Source: an uncultured Planctomycetaceae bacterium (GTDB lineage Bacteria > Planctomycetota > Planctomycetia > Planctomycetales > Planctomycetaceae). Taken from it: a stretch of 64,000 bases of DNA. Made by a program: the position numbers and the translations under genes. The notes below the pieces were generated by a model. That model did no database searches. It was given only the letters and a program-made list of their open reading frames with translations, and had not been told where the DNA came from. The stretch spans positions 1 through 64,000 of the forward strand of contig CAWFGE010000014.1 of NCBI GenBank assembly GCA_963815195.1, given 5' to 3'. Positions 1 through 11,807 of this stretch are shown here, piece by piece (position 1 is the first letter of the stretch; every line of letters begins with the position of its first letter).

Positions 1-70
1 TGCGCGGGGCGGTTGTGTTTCTTTCACAGCCGCCCCCGCTGGGGCGGCCCTTCTATGGAGGTTCGTCCTT

Positions 71-721
71 ATGAGTTCGCACGCTTCCACTCCCAATTCC
101 TCGTCTGATTCCACGGCTTCCAACACTCCGCCGACAACTTCAGCGTGTTGGCACGAAAACTTCCTTCAAATGCTTCCCAAGATCCAGGACCACGCCAGCT
201 ATATGTTCCGCAATTTGCAGGGCGACAACCGCGATGAGGCGATCCAGGAAGTCGTTTGCAACTGCTGTGTCGCGTTTGCTCGGCTGGTGGAGCGGGGCGA
301 AGTGGAGGCCGCGACGTGGAGTTCGCTCGCCAAATATGCCGTGGCCCAGGTTCGTAGCGGGCGGCGGGTCGGCTGTTCCCTCAACATCAAAGATGTGTCC
401 TCGGAATACTGCCAGCAGCAAAAATGGGTGGAAGTCCGCCACCTGCATTGCTGGGACCATCGAAACGAAGAATGGACGGAAATGGTCGTCGAGGATCGGC
501 ACTCCACGCCGGCCGAACTGGCCGCCTTCCGCATCGACTTCCGGGCCTTCCTGAAAACACTGTCCCGCCGGGATCGCAAGGTGGCTCTCAAGCTGGCCCG
601 GGGACACGCGACGAGTTGGATCGCCAAAAAGTTCAAAATCTCTGCCGCCCGGGTTTCTCAGCTTCGGCGGGAACTGTGCGAGGCGTGGCATCAGTTCCAG
701 GGCGAGCCGGCGCTCGCTTAA
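71..721 (+). CDS. Sigma-70/ECF-like HTH protein (planctomycete mobile-element type)
   Basis: 216 aa ORF with GGAGG RBS; N-terminal DEAIQEVVCNC helix resembling sigma region 2; C-terminal region-4-like HTH (TLSRRDRKVALKLARG...IAKKFKISAARVSQLRREL). Confidence 0.65.
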   Translation: MSSHASTPNSSSDSTASNTPPTTSACWHENFLQMLPKIQDHASYMFRNLQGDNRDEAIQEVVCNCCVAFARLVERGEVEAATWSSLAKYAVAQVRSGRRVGCSLNIKDVSSEYCQQQKWVEVRHLHCWDHRNEEWTEMVVEDRHSTPAELAAFRIDFRAFLKTLSRRDRKVALKLARGHATSWIAKKFKISAARVSQLRRELCEAWHQFQGEPALA

Positions 722-1078
722 TGCAAAATCGCCAACGCGCAATGGCAGCATCTGGAAGAGGCCCAAACGTGTCCCAGCCGACACAGTATCCGACCGGTCG
801 CATTGTCATCCTCCCCGCCAGCGGCTGCCATCCCTGTTGCCGGGCCTTGTGAATCTGGACAGCGAAACGGCGCCGATGCGCAACAATATCCGCCGCCAAC
901 GGCGAAAAAACCAAGAAAGCCAAAAAGAAGGTGAAAGCCAAGACCCGCTAACGAGCGGGTTTTGAAGCTCAAGAATCCAAGATTGTTACGCCCGCACTGC
1001 GGAGTGATTGCATTTTCTCTCATGCGATCGCCCCGGTGTGGGGCGGTCGCTTTCTCTCAATCTTCAAAGGAGCAAGCG

Positions 1079-1273
1079 ATGACACAACGTGACCTCAACC
1101 GAGCAGTGGCCCAATCCACCGGAGAAACCGTCAGTGAAATCTCGCGGCGGGGGTTCGTGCCCGTCGAAGAACTCGACCGCGAATGCGAACCGCCCATCGA
1201 CTGGGACGAACTCGAAGCCCGGCGGCACGTCAATATCTTCCCGCAGCGGAAACGCACCGCGATCGCCGGCTGA
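1079..1273 (+). CDS. Small hypothetical protein (MTQRDLNRAVAQSTGETVSEISRRGF...)
   Basis: AAGGAG RBS before ATG 1079; 64 aa; co-oriented between the sigma-like and Ub-like genes. Confidence 0.7.
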   Translation: MTQRDLNRAVAQSTGETVSEISRRGFVPVEELDRECEPPIDWDELEARRHVNIFPQRKRTAIAG

Positions 1274-1350
1274 TTTCCATCCCGTAACAGGGCACGACGC
1301 CGTTCTCCGAACCTCCGTTTCATTTTTCACTCTTGCAAAGGAAATCATCC

Positions 1351-1572
1351 ATGAAAGTTTACGTCATCAACAACTTCGGCGCCGGCTTCGCGGACACCGT
1401 GGAAGTTCCCGAAGGCACCACCATTAAGACGCTGTTTGAGCAGACCGTCCCGAATGGTTCGCCCCAGGATTACTTGATTCGCTTGAACCAAGGTCCGGTC
1501 GAAGCGACCTACATCCTCCAGGAGGGCGACCGCGTTTCCATCACGCCGCGAAAAATCGAAGGGGCGGCGTAG
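1351..1572 (+). CDS. Ubiquitin-like beta-grasp protein (MoaD/ThiS-like)
   Basis: 73 aa; beta-grasp pattern (VEVPEGTTIKTL...YLIRLN...LQEGDRVSITP); C-terminus KIEGAA. Confidence 0.8.
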   Translation: MKVYVINNFGAGFADTVEVPEGTTIKTLFEQTVPNGSPQDYLIRLNQGPVEATYILQEGDRVSITPRKIEGAA

Positions 1573-1592
1573 TCCAATACCACACCGGCGTC

Positions 1593-1640
1593 GCAACGAG
1601 GGCTGTCGGTTCTTTCGCCGACAGCCCTCGTTGCTTTCGT
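1593..1640 (+). terminator. Perfect 17-bp stem-loop with T-rich tail
   Basis: GCAACGAGGGCTGTCGG (1593-1609), 8-nt loop, CCGACAGCCCTCGTTGC (1618-1634), then TTTCGT, just after the Ub-like stop. Confidence 0.6.
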
Positions 1641-1744
1641 TTGCCCTCTCGGATGCTCAAGGTAGAACATCATGCCCGATGCCCGATCACAAACACACCA
1701 ACAGCCATATGCCCCGCATGGCCGTGCTTCTTCGCAATCGTTTG

Positions 1745-2045
1745 AGGGAATTTCGGGGTCCGGCGAGAACGCCAAATCGCGGATCGCGGCGTCGTGGGCC
1801 AGAATCGTTTTCATCAACCGGCCGTCGGCGAGGTTCCAGATCCGCACGCGGCGGTCGCTACCCGCCGAGGCGACGAGTTTCCCATCGCGCGAAAACGCGA
1901 CCGCGCGGACGGCGGCCATGTTGCCTTCAGCCGCTTGATCTCTTCGCCCCGCGCCACGTCCCAAATCCGCACGATCTTGTCGTAACCGCCCGAGGCCAGC
2001 ATCTTCCCGTCTTCGAAAAACTGCAAAGGGTTCGACAGGGAGTAC
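1745..2045 (-). pseudogene. WD40-repeat gene fragment
   Basis: Repeats DGKMLASGGYDKIVRIWD and VAFSRDGKLVASAGSDRRVRIWN in two frames; no proper start or end. Confidence 0.75.
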
Positions 2046-2405
2046 TTACGGAATGTAACGGCATTGATTGAATTGGGCATAGTCGTGTCCACAACTACGC
2101 CAGATTCAATCAAAAGGCTAAACTTGCGTTTATGCATTTGGAGTTCGGGTCCAAACAGCCGTTCCAGTTGAAAGAAAATAGTGGGGCTACGTCAAACGAA
2201 GACCTCTCTCTGAAACGGCGAATAATCTCGTTCGAGCCTAACTCGGCCCAAAACTCTCCCTCATCGGAGCATGTGCAATTGCTTCCGCCAAATGACAGCC
2301 AACAAACAACGAAAACGTGACCTTTTTTGTTCCAACGGCGGAAATCCGCGGCTCACATCAATTCGTTTCCATTTGCGAAAAGCATTGATTTCAGAAAGTT
2401 CGGCC

Positions 2406-3061
2406 TTATCCGTTCTCCAGCACCCATTGGACGGCGTAGCGGTTCAATTCGGCGCCATTGGCTAGGTTGAGTTTGATCTTCAACTTCTCGCGGTAGGTGT
2501 CGATTGTATGAACACTCAGATGAAGTTGCTTGGCGACGGCACTTGTCGTGTGGCCTTGGCCGATGAGTGTGAAGACCTCCAATTCCCGGTTGGATAGGCT
2601 TTCGACGGGGGACTTGTCGGCTTCGGAAAGGCCGCCGACGCGACTCCTAACGATGCGGTCGTTCAATTCGGGGCTGATGAATATCTTTCCGGCGAGTACC
2701 GTGCGGATGGCCGTGATGACGGTTTCACCGGCCGTTTGTTTGTTGATGTAGCCAAGCGCCCAGCTTGCAACGAGCGTTCGGCGTAGACGGATTCGTCATA
2801 CATCGAGTTGACCAGCATTTTTACCTTCGGGTGACGTCCCCGGATTCGCTTGATCAAGTCAATCCCGTGCCCGGTCTTGAGCGATATGTCGATGATCACT
2901 AAATCGGGGTTTAACTCGTCGACCAACCGCAGCGCCTCATCGAGGGTCTCGGCTTCGCCGCAAACGGTCAGATCGGGTTCGGTGGAAAGCCGAGACGCCA
3001 AGCCATCGCGCACCATGGGGTGGTCGTCCACAATCAGAATTTGTGTTGGAGGAATCGTCAT
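2406..3061 (-). CDS. NarL/LuxR-family response regulator (one frameshift near 2760)
   Basis: Receiver domain (ILIVDDHPMVRDGL, LVIIDISL) in one frame; LuxR HTH (LSNRELEVFTLIGQG...LHLSVHTIDTYR) in another. Confidence 0.9.
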
Positions 3062-3109
3062 CGTATGTCGCCTCCTCCCGAAACTCGGCAGGATACCAGG
3101 GTGCCCCCC

Positions 3110-3419
3110 CTCCCCGTACAAACCCCTCTGCCTAACCGACAAAGAAGAGCGCGGAGAGAGCGCTGAGAGAATCGGCGCTTAATGTTGCACCAGCAGGACT
3201 TACGTCAGCGGGTGGTTGAGCGGAGAAAAAGTGAGAGCGCTCTCATTTCTCGAACGAGAATTCGCTGGCTCGTCCGTGCGCTCTCAAAAGCAGTTAACCC
3301 GCGACTCGCTGCGAACCTGCAACCCAGCGGTTGACAGCCAAAGAGAGCGCGAGAGCGCAGGACTGAATCGGTACGAAATCCCGCCACCCCGATCATCGGC
3401 CTGAACCGGTATTTCGGGC
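3110..3419 (+). repeat. ~310-bp non-coding repeat, copy 1 (solo left arm of the rve-integrase element)
   Basis: Aligns by eye at high identity with 62991-63302, starting CTCCCCGTACAAAACCC..CTGCCTAACCGACAAAGA; no integrase follows this copy. Confidence 0.85.
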
Positions 3420-3660
3420 TCTTGGTGTGCTTGTTTATCTACGATTGATTGTTACCGACCCGCATCTTAATACAGGCCGCCTGAAGTCTCAATCGGTTCG
3501 ATTTGGTGCTTCTCGCAGTGACACGCACTGTCACACGATCTACCAAGTTGGCGCACCTCGCCAAGAATTTCTTGATCGGCATAACAAAAATGGACGGAAA
3601 AGCTTACAGAATTAGACGGCAATTATTTTACGGAAATTCACGCAATATCGATTTTTCTCT

Positions 3661-3689
3661 TTGACAATTCGACCAGTCCGCTGCATCTT
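3661..3689 (+). promoter_or_regulatory. Candidate sigma-70 promoter of the Ig-repeat gene
   Basis: TTGACA-N17-CATCTT about 75 nt upstream of ATG 3764. Confidence 0.35.
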
Positions 3690-3763
3690 CTTCATAATCC
3701 TTTCAATCGCTCCATTCCATAAAGATACGACCTTCTCTTTCTCACGTCTTGAAGAGGTGTATT

Positions 3764-6700
3764 ATGGTGTTGATGGATTGGCTTGAAGCCTTGCGCGGTT
3801 CCAGCAAGCAGCGGCGACGGAAGCTCCGACACGATTTGCCGGTGGCAGTGGATGTTCTTGAAGACCGGACCCCGCCCGATGCCTCCTTGTTGGGCGTGGC
3901 GAGCGGGTGGGCAGGGCCTCATTCTTTTGACGCACCGCCGCCACCATTGACGGACGACGGAGACGACCCGCTTCAAACGTTTTCGGTCGTCCAACCGGAT
4001 GACGATCGCGACCTCATCAGGACCGAAGAATCCACGGACTCGGCGACCCAAACGCAAGAGTTCCCGAACCTGCCGGCCTCCAACGACATCGTGGGTGGGA
4101 TACTTCCAGACGTTTTGGACACCCTTCTTTTATCCCCATTCAATCAGCCGATTGATTCCCAAGTCTCCAACTTCGTCGCCCCAACAGTCCCCTCAGTCCC
4201 GGCGGTAGCCGCACAAACGCCGGTCAGCGGATCGGGAGCCGTGGGAAGCCCGCCGCCCGTTTCCTTGGGATCGGCGTCCTCTCAATCTGGAACGTCATCG
4301 TCCAGCGTGAATGAATCCGGCCAAAGCGGTCTTATGAGCGGCCCGGCCCCGTTCACAACCGACACCACCGCATCTTCTCTTGAGACGGCGACTTTCACCA
4401 CGCTAACTGTCACGAACTCGCCACCCCTGGCAGATCACGACAACGTCGCTCTCGATGAGGATACCAGCGCCACCTTCGATGTCCTCGCTAACGACTCGGA
4501 TCCGGACGGCGACACGATCACCATTATGGATGTTACGCAGGGCATCGGTGGCTCGGTTGACTTCACAAATACAAATGTAACATATACGGCGAATGTGGGT
4601 TATTGGGGACCTGATCAATTTAGTTACACGGTCAGCGACGGCAATGGCGGAATGGACACCGCCTATGTCTATGTGTCCGTAAATTCTGTGAACCATGCCC
4701 CAGATGCCGTTGATGACAGTCTGTCCACGGACGAAGATTCGCCAGTGACATTAGAGCTTCTTGCCAATGACTCCGATCACGACGGGGATGCGATCACTGT
4801 CATCGGCGTCGCCGACCCTGCAAACGGAGAAGTGGAGTTTACGGACACGGGCATAATTTATACGCCTTACTCAGATTTTTGGGGCACGGACCAATTCAGT
4901 TACACAATTAGCGACGGGGACGGCGGCACGGCCACCGCCCTTGTCAATGTCACCGTAAACCCGGTGAATGATGATCCGGTCGCCGTCGATGACAACGTTT
5001 CGGTGGATGAGGATGGGACCGCGACTTTCGATGTCCTACAGAACGATTCTGACGTTGACGGCGACACGCTCACGATTACCGGCGTCACCGGAGGCGAGGG
5101 CGGAAGCGTTAGTATTGTAGACAACAAGCTATACTATGTGCCCCATGAGAATTTTAATGGAGCAGACCAACTCAATTATACTGTCGAGGACGGCAACGGA
5201 GGCATGGCCACCACCGATGTATTTGTGACCGTGAACCCGGTGAACGATTTGCCAGTCGCCAACGACGACAGCGTGGCGACGGATGAAGATACGCCTGTGA
5301 CGGTCGATGTTCTGTCCAACGATACCGACATCGACGACGACTTGCTTTTCATCACCGCTGTCAGTAGTGGTGCGAATGGAACGGTCACATTCACATCGCA
5401 CGATCTGACCTATACTCCCGCCAAGGATTGGTCGGGCAACGACCAGTTTACTTACACGTTAAACGATGGGCACGGCGGCACCGACCAGGCGACCGTTGCC
5501 GTGATCGTGAACCCGGTCGAAGATTGGCCGGTGGCCAACGAAGACTTTGTGATTATCGGCGAAGGCGGTTCGGCGACAATCAATCTGATCGGCAACGACT
5601 CCGACGCCGAGGGACCGGTGACGGTCGACTATGTGGACGATTATAGCTATTTCGGCGGCATTGTCACCGACAACGGCGACGGCACCGCGACCTATGACAA
5701 CTGGATGCCGTACATCGACCCGGAAACCGGCGAGGATATGGGCTATTCCGTCGGCACCGGCTGGGACGGATTCGGTTATGAAATCGCCGACTCGGCGGGA
5801 AATGTCACATCCGGCTGGGTGGACATATATATCAGCCCCGCCGATCCGGATTACGACGACCCGCCGATTGCCGGCGACGATTACGAGACCACGGCGGAAG
5901 ACACGCCGGTCACATTCGGGATTCTGGGCAACGATTGGGACGACCAAGGATTCACACTTGACGAGGTGTGGACGAGCGACCCCAACGCAACCGTTTCCTG
6001 GGGCAGCGATGGCAATGTGACCTACACGCCCGCCCCGGATTTCCACGGCGAGGATTATGTATATTACACGATCACGGATTCCTCATTCCAATCGGCGTTG
6101 GGGACTGTTATTATTGAAGTGACGCCCGTCAACTACGCTCCCGAGGTGGTCGTCAATGCGGCCTGGACTGGTTGGGAGCAAACCATCCGGATCGACGTTT
6201 TGGACGGTGCCACGGACGTTGAAATGGATGCGGAGGAACCCGGCAACGAATTGATCGTCACGGAGGTCGTTGGTGCTGTTAACGGCCAAACCTGGTTTGA
6301 TGGAACATCGGTGTATTACAAGGGGAATGAGAGCTTCACCACCGGCACGGACACCTTCACTTACACGGTCGAGGACGGGCACGGAGGTTTTGTCACGGAA
6401 GACGTGACAGTGACAATGGTGCAGGTCACGGATTGGTCGGTCGAATACAAGGACAGCGACGACAATTGGAACGCCAGTCCTAACGGCGAAGCAGTTTGGA
6501 GTCACGAAGAACTCCGTTGGAAACCCACTTATGGGCCGTGGGCCCCGAATCAGCAGTGGATCAAATGGATCGCGCAAGATTGGGACGCTTTTGAAAATGG
6601 CGACGATCACGAGTTCATCAGCCCCTTCGCTGAATATGATTCTGTGCCTGACGGAGATGAATGGGCCTACGGAAACCCCGGCGTGGGAATCTGGGCGATC

Positions 6701-8117
6701 CTGCCACAAATCAACTTCGCCCCGGATCACCAATCCGATTTCGTTGCCCAAATGGATAAAGCGGCCGTTGAAGTCAAAAATCCCGAAGGGCAAGGTGACG
6801 CCCAGATTGCAACGATTTATTGGACTAGCGCAAGTATCTTATACGACAAACCAGGGATAATTCATAATGCTAAGAGCGATACCAATTTGAAGTTCTTCCC
6901 GGATGCGATAAATCCCAACGGCCCAGTTTTCACTGAGCCTATGAATGAGGCTTGGATCGTTGCCAAGGTCACACCCGATATTGAGACGACCCTTTATTTT
7001 AAGGTAATTGACGTAGATGATCCTTCGGACGATGATGGTCCAATCGACTCCGATCCCGGACTTGACCCGAACACGGGTACGTCCAGCAAATCTGATCTGG
7101 TGGGCGGTAAGGGGGACAATATCCCAACTCCCGGATCAATGGAGCCGGATTCTCACCTTTTAGCCAGCGCTCGAACGCATCCAGATTTCGTTAACGAAAA
7201 CTTTCAAACGGTCCATCTCACGTTCACAATAAACTGGATTCAACCGGGCAATAATTATCGCGTTGCCGTGTCTATGCGAAAGCGCAGACGAGCTTAACAA
7301 AGTTAAACCCCTCGCGGCAGACGACAACAGCCGCGTCTTCTTTGATAAGAATAAGGATGACGACATAAATAAGGATGGCCCGCAGCCAGATGCAATTTTA
7401 GACAAGAACAACTCTCACATGGGTATCCGTGTCACCCCGCGATTGACCGTTTGGCGAAAGTTGCACGTGGAATCCGACTGGATGACCGCACCGCCGAAAG
7501 CAGAGGTCTTTGCGAAGGACCTCGAAAATCTCGACGTTAATCCAAACGGACCAATTCCGCAAATCGCAACCGGTCTGTTAGTCTCAGCATTCCAGCCCCT
7601 TTACATCGTCGTTGTGACCGATACAAAGAACGATCACTGGGTCTCTTGGCGTCACAACCTGCCGCGATCGGTGATGCAGGGACGCACGGAAGATCGCAAA
7701 ACTGGTGTATCACAGGGATATTGGGCCGTCGCGGTGATCGCGGCCTATGAGGGAGAATCCGGTGCGGATTACGACGGTGAGTTGTTCGCCGAACTGGGGA
7801 TAACTTCACAAAATCTCGGGGTTGATAGGTCCTACGTTTATACCGAGACGATTAGGGACCTCATCAAGGACAAGAACGAAGGTCTCGGGGGTCAAGACTT
7901 GCAGGATGCTATCGACAAGATGCGGCAGCGAGTCGCGGTTCACGAAGTCGGTCATATATTCGGACTCGACGACAACGATCCATTGGGTCCGTATGACGTG
8001 ATGGCGATTGGGGAGGCCGCAGATTATACGGTCGATCAATTTGGCAATTATGATGCCACGTTCGAGAAATTCATGCAAAGCAATGCGCTCATCATTCGCA
8101 AACGCTCTAAGCCTTAG
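3764..8117 (+). CDS. Large secreted Ig/cadherin-like repeat protein with C-terminal zinc metallopeptidase (frameshift near 7280)
   Basis: Basic N-terminus and planctomycete-type LEDR motif; about 7 repeats of ~95 aa (N.P.A.DD...DED...DVL.NDSD.DGD...YTP...G.DQFSYT..DG.GG); ORF 7263-8117 has no convincing start of its own and carries HEVGHIFGLDD plus a later Met. Confidence 0.8.
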
Positions 8118-8131
8118 ATTTGGAGATTACA

Positions 8132-9073
8132 GTGCTGCACCCCACCTTTCACCTTCTGTCAGCTATCTTGCTTGTGGCTCCGGCACAGGCCGAAAAGCCC
8201 CCGAAAGTGGAATTGAAACTCTCTCTCTCGAAGAGCGAAATCGTTCAATTCGAGCCAATTGTTTTGACGATCGCGGTTCGGAATCTATCGAAAGAACCGG
8301 AGCAGATTCATCTGAAATTCGATCCAATTGCGCAATATCTAAGGATTTTCGTCACAAGTGAATTGGGAAAAACCAAACGGATCAAGCCGGACATTATTAG
8401 CAACGTGTATGTCGGACCCCATGAATTTGGCCCCAAGGACGTGATCCGCTACCGACTCATGCTTTCAGGTAAACCGCACGACTGGATGGACACCCCGGGC
8501 GAGTATAAATTGCACATTACCTTCGATTGTCTCAAGGATGCCAAACGGTTGGAATCTGAGTCAGTGAAATTGACCATCAAAGCGGCGGAAGGCGTCGATA
8601 AAGAGGCGCTGGATCGCTTTCGCGGTTATCCGCAGGCCACGTTTCTCGACAGAGGATCGACAGCCGAGGCTATCGCCGGCCAATTTCGGTTCATAACCCA
8701 GAAATATCCGAAAAGTGTTTATACCCCGTGGTGTTATTACATCCTGGGTTGGGCCATGCAAAATCGACGTGCTGATTTTGCGTCAGACTCTTTGCAAGCG
8801 GAGGCTGCTATTGACTATTACGAACGGCTTCTGAGGGAATATCCCAAATTCCCCATGAAGACCGAAGTAGAATACGAAATCGCCCGCGAATCATTGAGAG
8901 CGGCAGCGAAGGACGATGAAGCAAGAATGGGGGCCATTGACCAAATCGAACACCTTGCAAGGAAGCACCCCGACCTTTGGTTGCTTCGTCGCTTCAGCTA
9001 CGCACTAAAATCAAGTCTTAAAGCCGGTAAAATACCGGAGGCAGACGAATTGCCGCCGCATTGCGGGCTTTAA
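8132..9073 (+). CDS. Secreted protein with TPR-like C-terminal helices
   Basis: GGAG RBS, GTG 8132; hydrophobic signal ending AQA; AIDYYERLLREYPK and QKYPKSVY TPR-like motifs. Confidence 0.7.
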   Translation: MLHPTFHLLSAILLVAPAQAEKPPKVELKLSLSKSEIVQFEPIVLTIAVRNLSKEPEQIHLKFDPIAQYLRIFVTSELGKTKRIKPDIISNVYVGPHEFGPKDVIRYRLMLSGKPHDWMDTPGEYKLHITFDCLKDAKRLESESVKLTIKAAEGVDKEALDRFRGYPQATFLDRGSTAEAIAGQFRFITQKYPKSVYTPWCYYILGWAMQNRRADFASDSLQAEAAIDYYERLLREYPKFPMKTEVEYEIARESLRAAAKDDEARMGAIDQIEHLARKHPDLWLLRRFSYALKSSLKAGKIPEADELPPHCGL

Positions 9074-9098
9074 TCCCGAAACCACGCCGTATCCCCAC

Positions 9099-9310
9099 GG
9101 GTGTAACCGGCGACCCGCAATTAGGCTGATAGGGGTTTGTAACCGTTGAGCAAGTTCCGATTCGGGTGGAGTTGTTGTTGCTCCTGCTGGATGCGCGTTG
9201 TCTGAAAATCATCCCAGTAGGAGGACTGGAACACGGCTCGGACGTTGAGCATTGAGGCGGCGTTCTCCAGCCGCCAGCGCATTCCCGTGCGTTCCATGCG
9301 ATCTTTCACC
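9099..9310 (-). mobile_element. ISKra4-family remnant (transposase 3' end)
   Basis: KDRMERTGMRWRLENAASMLNVRAV...WDDF C-terminal signature; cut at 9310/9311 by an IS66 end. Confidence 0.7.
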
Positions 9311-9809
9311 GTAAGCGTCCGGGGTAACCAATCTTGACGGGTGGTTTACGCTGTGGGGATTTCTGGAGTTCTCACAGCGGAGGCGGCATGATGGCTCATC
9401 AGCAGCGGCAGACGGAAGCGGTGTGGCGGGAGCGGGTGGCGCGGTTTCACGAGAGCGGCTTGACGGCCAAAGCCTTTTGTGAACGCGAGGGGGTTTCCTA
9501 CTCGAACTTTCATGCCTGGAAGCGGCGGTTGGGATTGGGGAAAACGCAGTCGCCGTCTCGGCCTTCGGCGAATCGCTCGGACAACGAATCGCTGTTTGTG
9601 CCGGTGAGTGTGACGCCGAAAGCGGCTGCGACCGAGGTGCGGATCGTGTTGCCGGGCGGGGTCGTGGTGCATGTGCCTTTGGAGGCGGACGGGCGGGTGC
9701 TGGCCTTGGTGATCGAAGCTGCGGCCCGGACCGGCCGGGAGGATTCGGCATGCTGAACCTCTCGCCTTTGGTCCGCGTGTTTCTGTGCACAAAGCCCACT
9801 GATCTTCGG
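9311..9809 (+). mobile_element. IS66-family left arm A: tnpA (9388-9756) plus first 20 codons of tnpB (9750-9809)
   Basis: Starts GTAAGCGTCC; TnpA WRERVARFHESGLTAKAFCEREGVSYSNFHAWKRRL; TnpB MLNLSPLVRVFLCTKPTDLR, then the RIT terminus. Confidence 0.9.
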
Positions 9810-9906
9810 AATTATGCGGAGTTGGCAGTTATGCCAAGTTCCGGGCCGATACGTGTTTTTGGGCGGGGCTCTTGCCCGTGGGGTTCTCTGCATAACGAAA
9901 GCCTTG

Positions 9907-10896
9907 TCAGGAGGAGCGCAACATCTCTAACAACCGATCTGGGGCTTGGAATCGTCCTTTTCTCAGAGTGGGGGCAACGCCGGCTTCCAGGGCCTCAAGC
10001 TTTTCTGTGGGATCGGCACGCAGGTAGATTTCCGTGGACTTCACACTGGCGTGCCCCAGCCATAAAGAGACTTTGCGGATGTCATGTGTGGCTTGGAGTG
10101 TGTGCATCGCGCAGGTGTGCCGAAGCACGTGGGGCGAGATGCGTTTGGAAGCGATCGAGGGACAGTGACCGGTGGCCGTTTTGACGTGTTTGGCCAAAAT
10201 GTATTCGAAGCCGGACCGCGTCAGAGGATAGCCTTGGGCATTGAGAAAAAGTTCGCAAGCCACCGACGGCCTTCGGATGGCTGTCCAGACCTTGAGCACC
10301 CCAGTCGTTTCCTTCCACAGGGGCAGAACGCGTTCGCGGCGGCCCTTTCCGCGAACCCGAAGGCACGCTTGAGGATGCGTTTGGAAATCCTCAAGCCGTA
10401 GGCCGACCAGTTCGGAAACGCGAAGTCCACCGGCAAAGCAGACATGGAGCATCGCACGATCGCGAGTTCCCGAACGCGTGGCCGGATCGGGAGCATCCAA
10501 CAGAGCTTGCAGTTCATCCTTCGCGAGATAATCCACAAGGGCCTCATCGGTTTTCTTGAAGGGAATCGCCAGGAGGCAGCGAATCTGTTCGAGGGCCGAG
10601 GGAACTCGGTACTCCAGGAAATGAGCAAACGATTTGAGGGCCGCCAAGCGAGCATTCCGCGTTTTCGCGGTATTGCCCCGCTTGGTTTCCAGGTCTTCCA
10701 AAAACGCCAGCACCAACGGTGCATCCAGTTGCTCGAGGACGAGAGCCGAAGGCGACGTCCCGTAATGTTCGGCGGCGAAACAGATCAGCAGTTGGAACGA
10801 GTAGGCATAGGCATCGCAGGTATGGGGGCTTACGGCACGGTCTCGGGGGAGATACTCTCGGAGAAACGCGGCCAAGTGAGGGGCAATCGCTGTCAT
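9907..10896 (-). CDS. ritC: Tyrosine recombinase, RIT third gene
   Basis: TRNARLAALKSF, GLRVSEL, GKGRRER, SPHVLRHTCAM, WLGHAS..STEIY. Confidence 0.9.
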   Translation of the reverse strand: MTAIAPHLAAFLREYLPRDRAVSPHTCDAYAYSFQLLICFAAEHYGTSPSALVLEQLDAPLVLAFLEDLETKRGNTAKTRNARLAALKSFAHFLEYRVPSALEQIRCLLAIPFKKTDEALVDYLAKDELQALLDAPDPATRSGTRDRAMLHVCFAGGLRVSELVGLRLEDFQTHPQACLRVRGKGRRERVLPLWKETTGVLKVWTAIRRPSVACELFLNAQGYPLTRSGFEYILAKHVKTATGHCPSIASKRISPHVLRHTCAMHTLQATHDIRKVSLWLGHASVKSTEIYLRADPTEKLEALEAGVAPTLRKGRFQAPDRLLEMLRSS

Positions 10897-11807
10897 GCGG
10901 AACCTCCTCGGAACAAGGCTTCGCTGGCGCGGGCGGTTTCTTCCATGAGTTTCGGCGTCGCCTGCAAATAGTAATAGGTGTCCGACGGGTGGGCATGTCC
11001 CAGATACGTGCTCAGGGCGAGCAGATGGCGGGCGATGTTTTCCTTTCCGCCGGGACAGGCCTCCAAAGCACGGACGGCGAACGTATGCCGAAAGTCGTGC
11101 AGGCACGGCCCAGGCGATCCCGGTTCGCCCCGCAATCCGATGGAACGCATCAACTCCAGAAACACAGAGTAGACAGTGCGATAGGCCAACCGGGTTCCCC
11201 ACAGCGAGATAAAAACAGAACGATCCTCGCTGACAATCTGTCGGCGGCGGGTCAAGTAGCGATCCAGTCCCTCTCGGGCAGTCGGGTGTAATGGCACCAA
11301 CCTTGTTTTGCGGAACTTGGTCTCTCGGATGAGCAGGCCATCGCCTGTGATGTCCTCGAATTGCAAGGCGAGAGCCTCGCTGATCCGAAGCCCTGTCGAA
11401 ACCAGAAGCGAAAACAATGTTTTGTAAGCGACCGGACGAAGCGAATCTTTCGGCGTGAGATTTTCCGCAGCCCGGAGCAATTTCTGGATCTCATCCGACG
11501 TGTAGAGATGGGCTCTCCGACGTTCTCTCGTGGGTTTGCCGAAGGCGTCTGCCGGTGGAACTTCATATCGAATGTCTTCCGCCTGCATGAACCGGGCAAA
11601 ACGCCGGACGACTAGCAATCGGAGTCGGCGTTGCGGAGTGGAAGGCGCCTCGGCAGCCCATGCCAACACGCTTTCGTTGCGGACTGTGTCATCGCCGTGG
11701 GCTTCGGCATACCGGGCGAAATGAGAGAGCAAGGAGGCCTGAAGCTTGAATTTGAAACCCAGAGCCCGATGCAATTCAATGTAGCGGGTGATGTTGTCGG
11801 TTAGCAT
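10893..11807 (-). CDS. ritB: Tyrosine recombinase, RIT second gene
   Basis: TGLRISEAL, TKFRKTRLVP, HDFRHTFAV, STYLGH...TYYYL; start overlaps the ritA stop. Confidence 0.9.
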   Translation of the reverse strand: MLTDNITRYIELHRALGFKFKLQASLLSHFARYAEAHGDDTVRNESVLAWAAEAPSTPQRRLRLLVVRRFARFMQAEDIRYEVPPADAFGKPTRERRRAHLYTSDEIQKLLRAAENLTPKDSLRPVAYKTLFSLLVSTGLRISEALALQFEDITGDGLLIRETKFRKTRLVPLHPTAREGLDRYLTRRRQIVSEDRSVFISLWGTRLAYRTVYSVFLELMRSIGLRGEPGSPGPCLHDFRHTFAVRALEACPGGKENIARHLLALSTYLGHAHPSDTYYYLQATPKLMEETARASEALFRGGSA

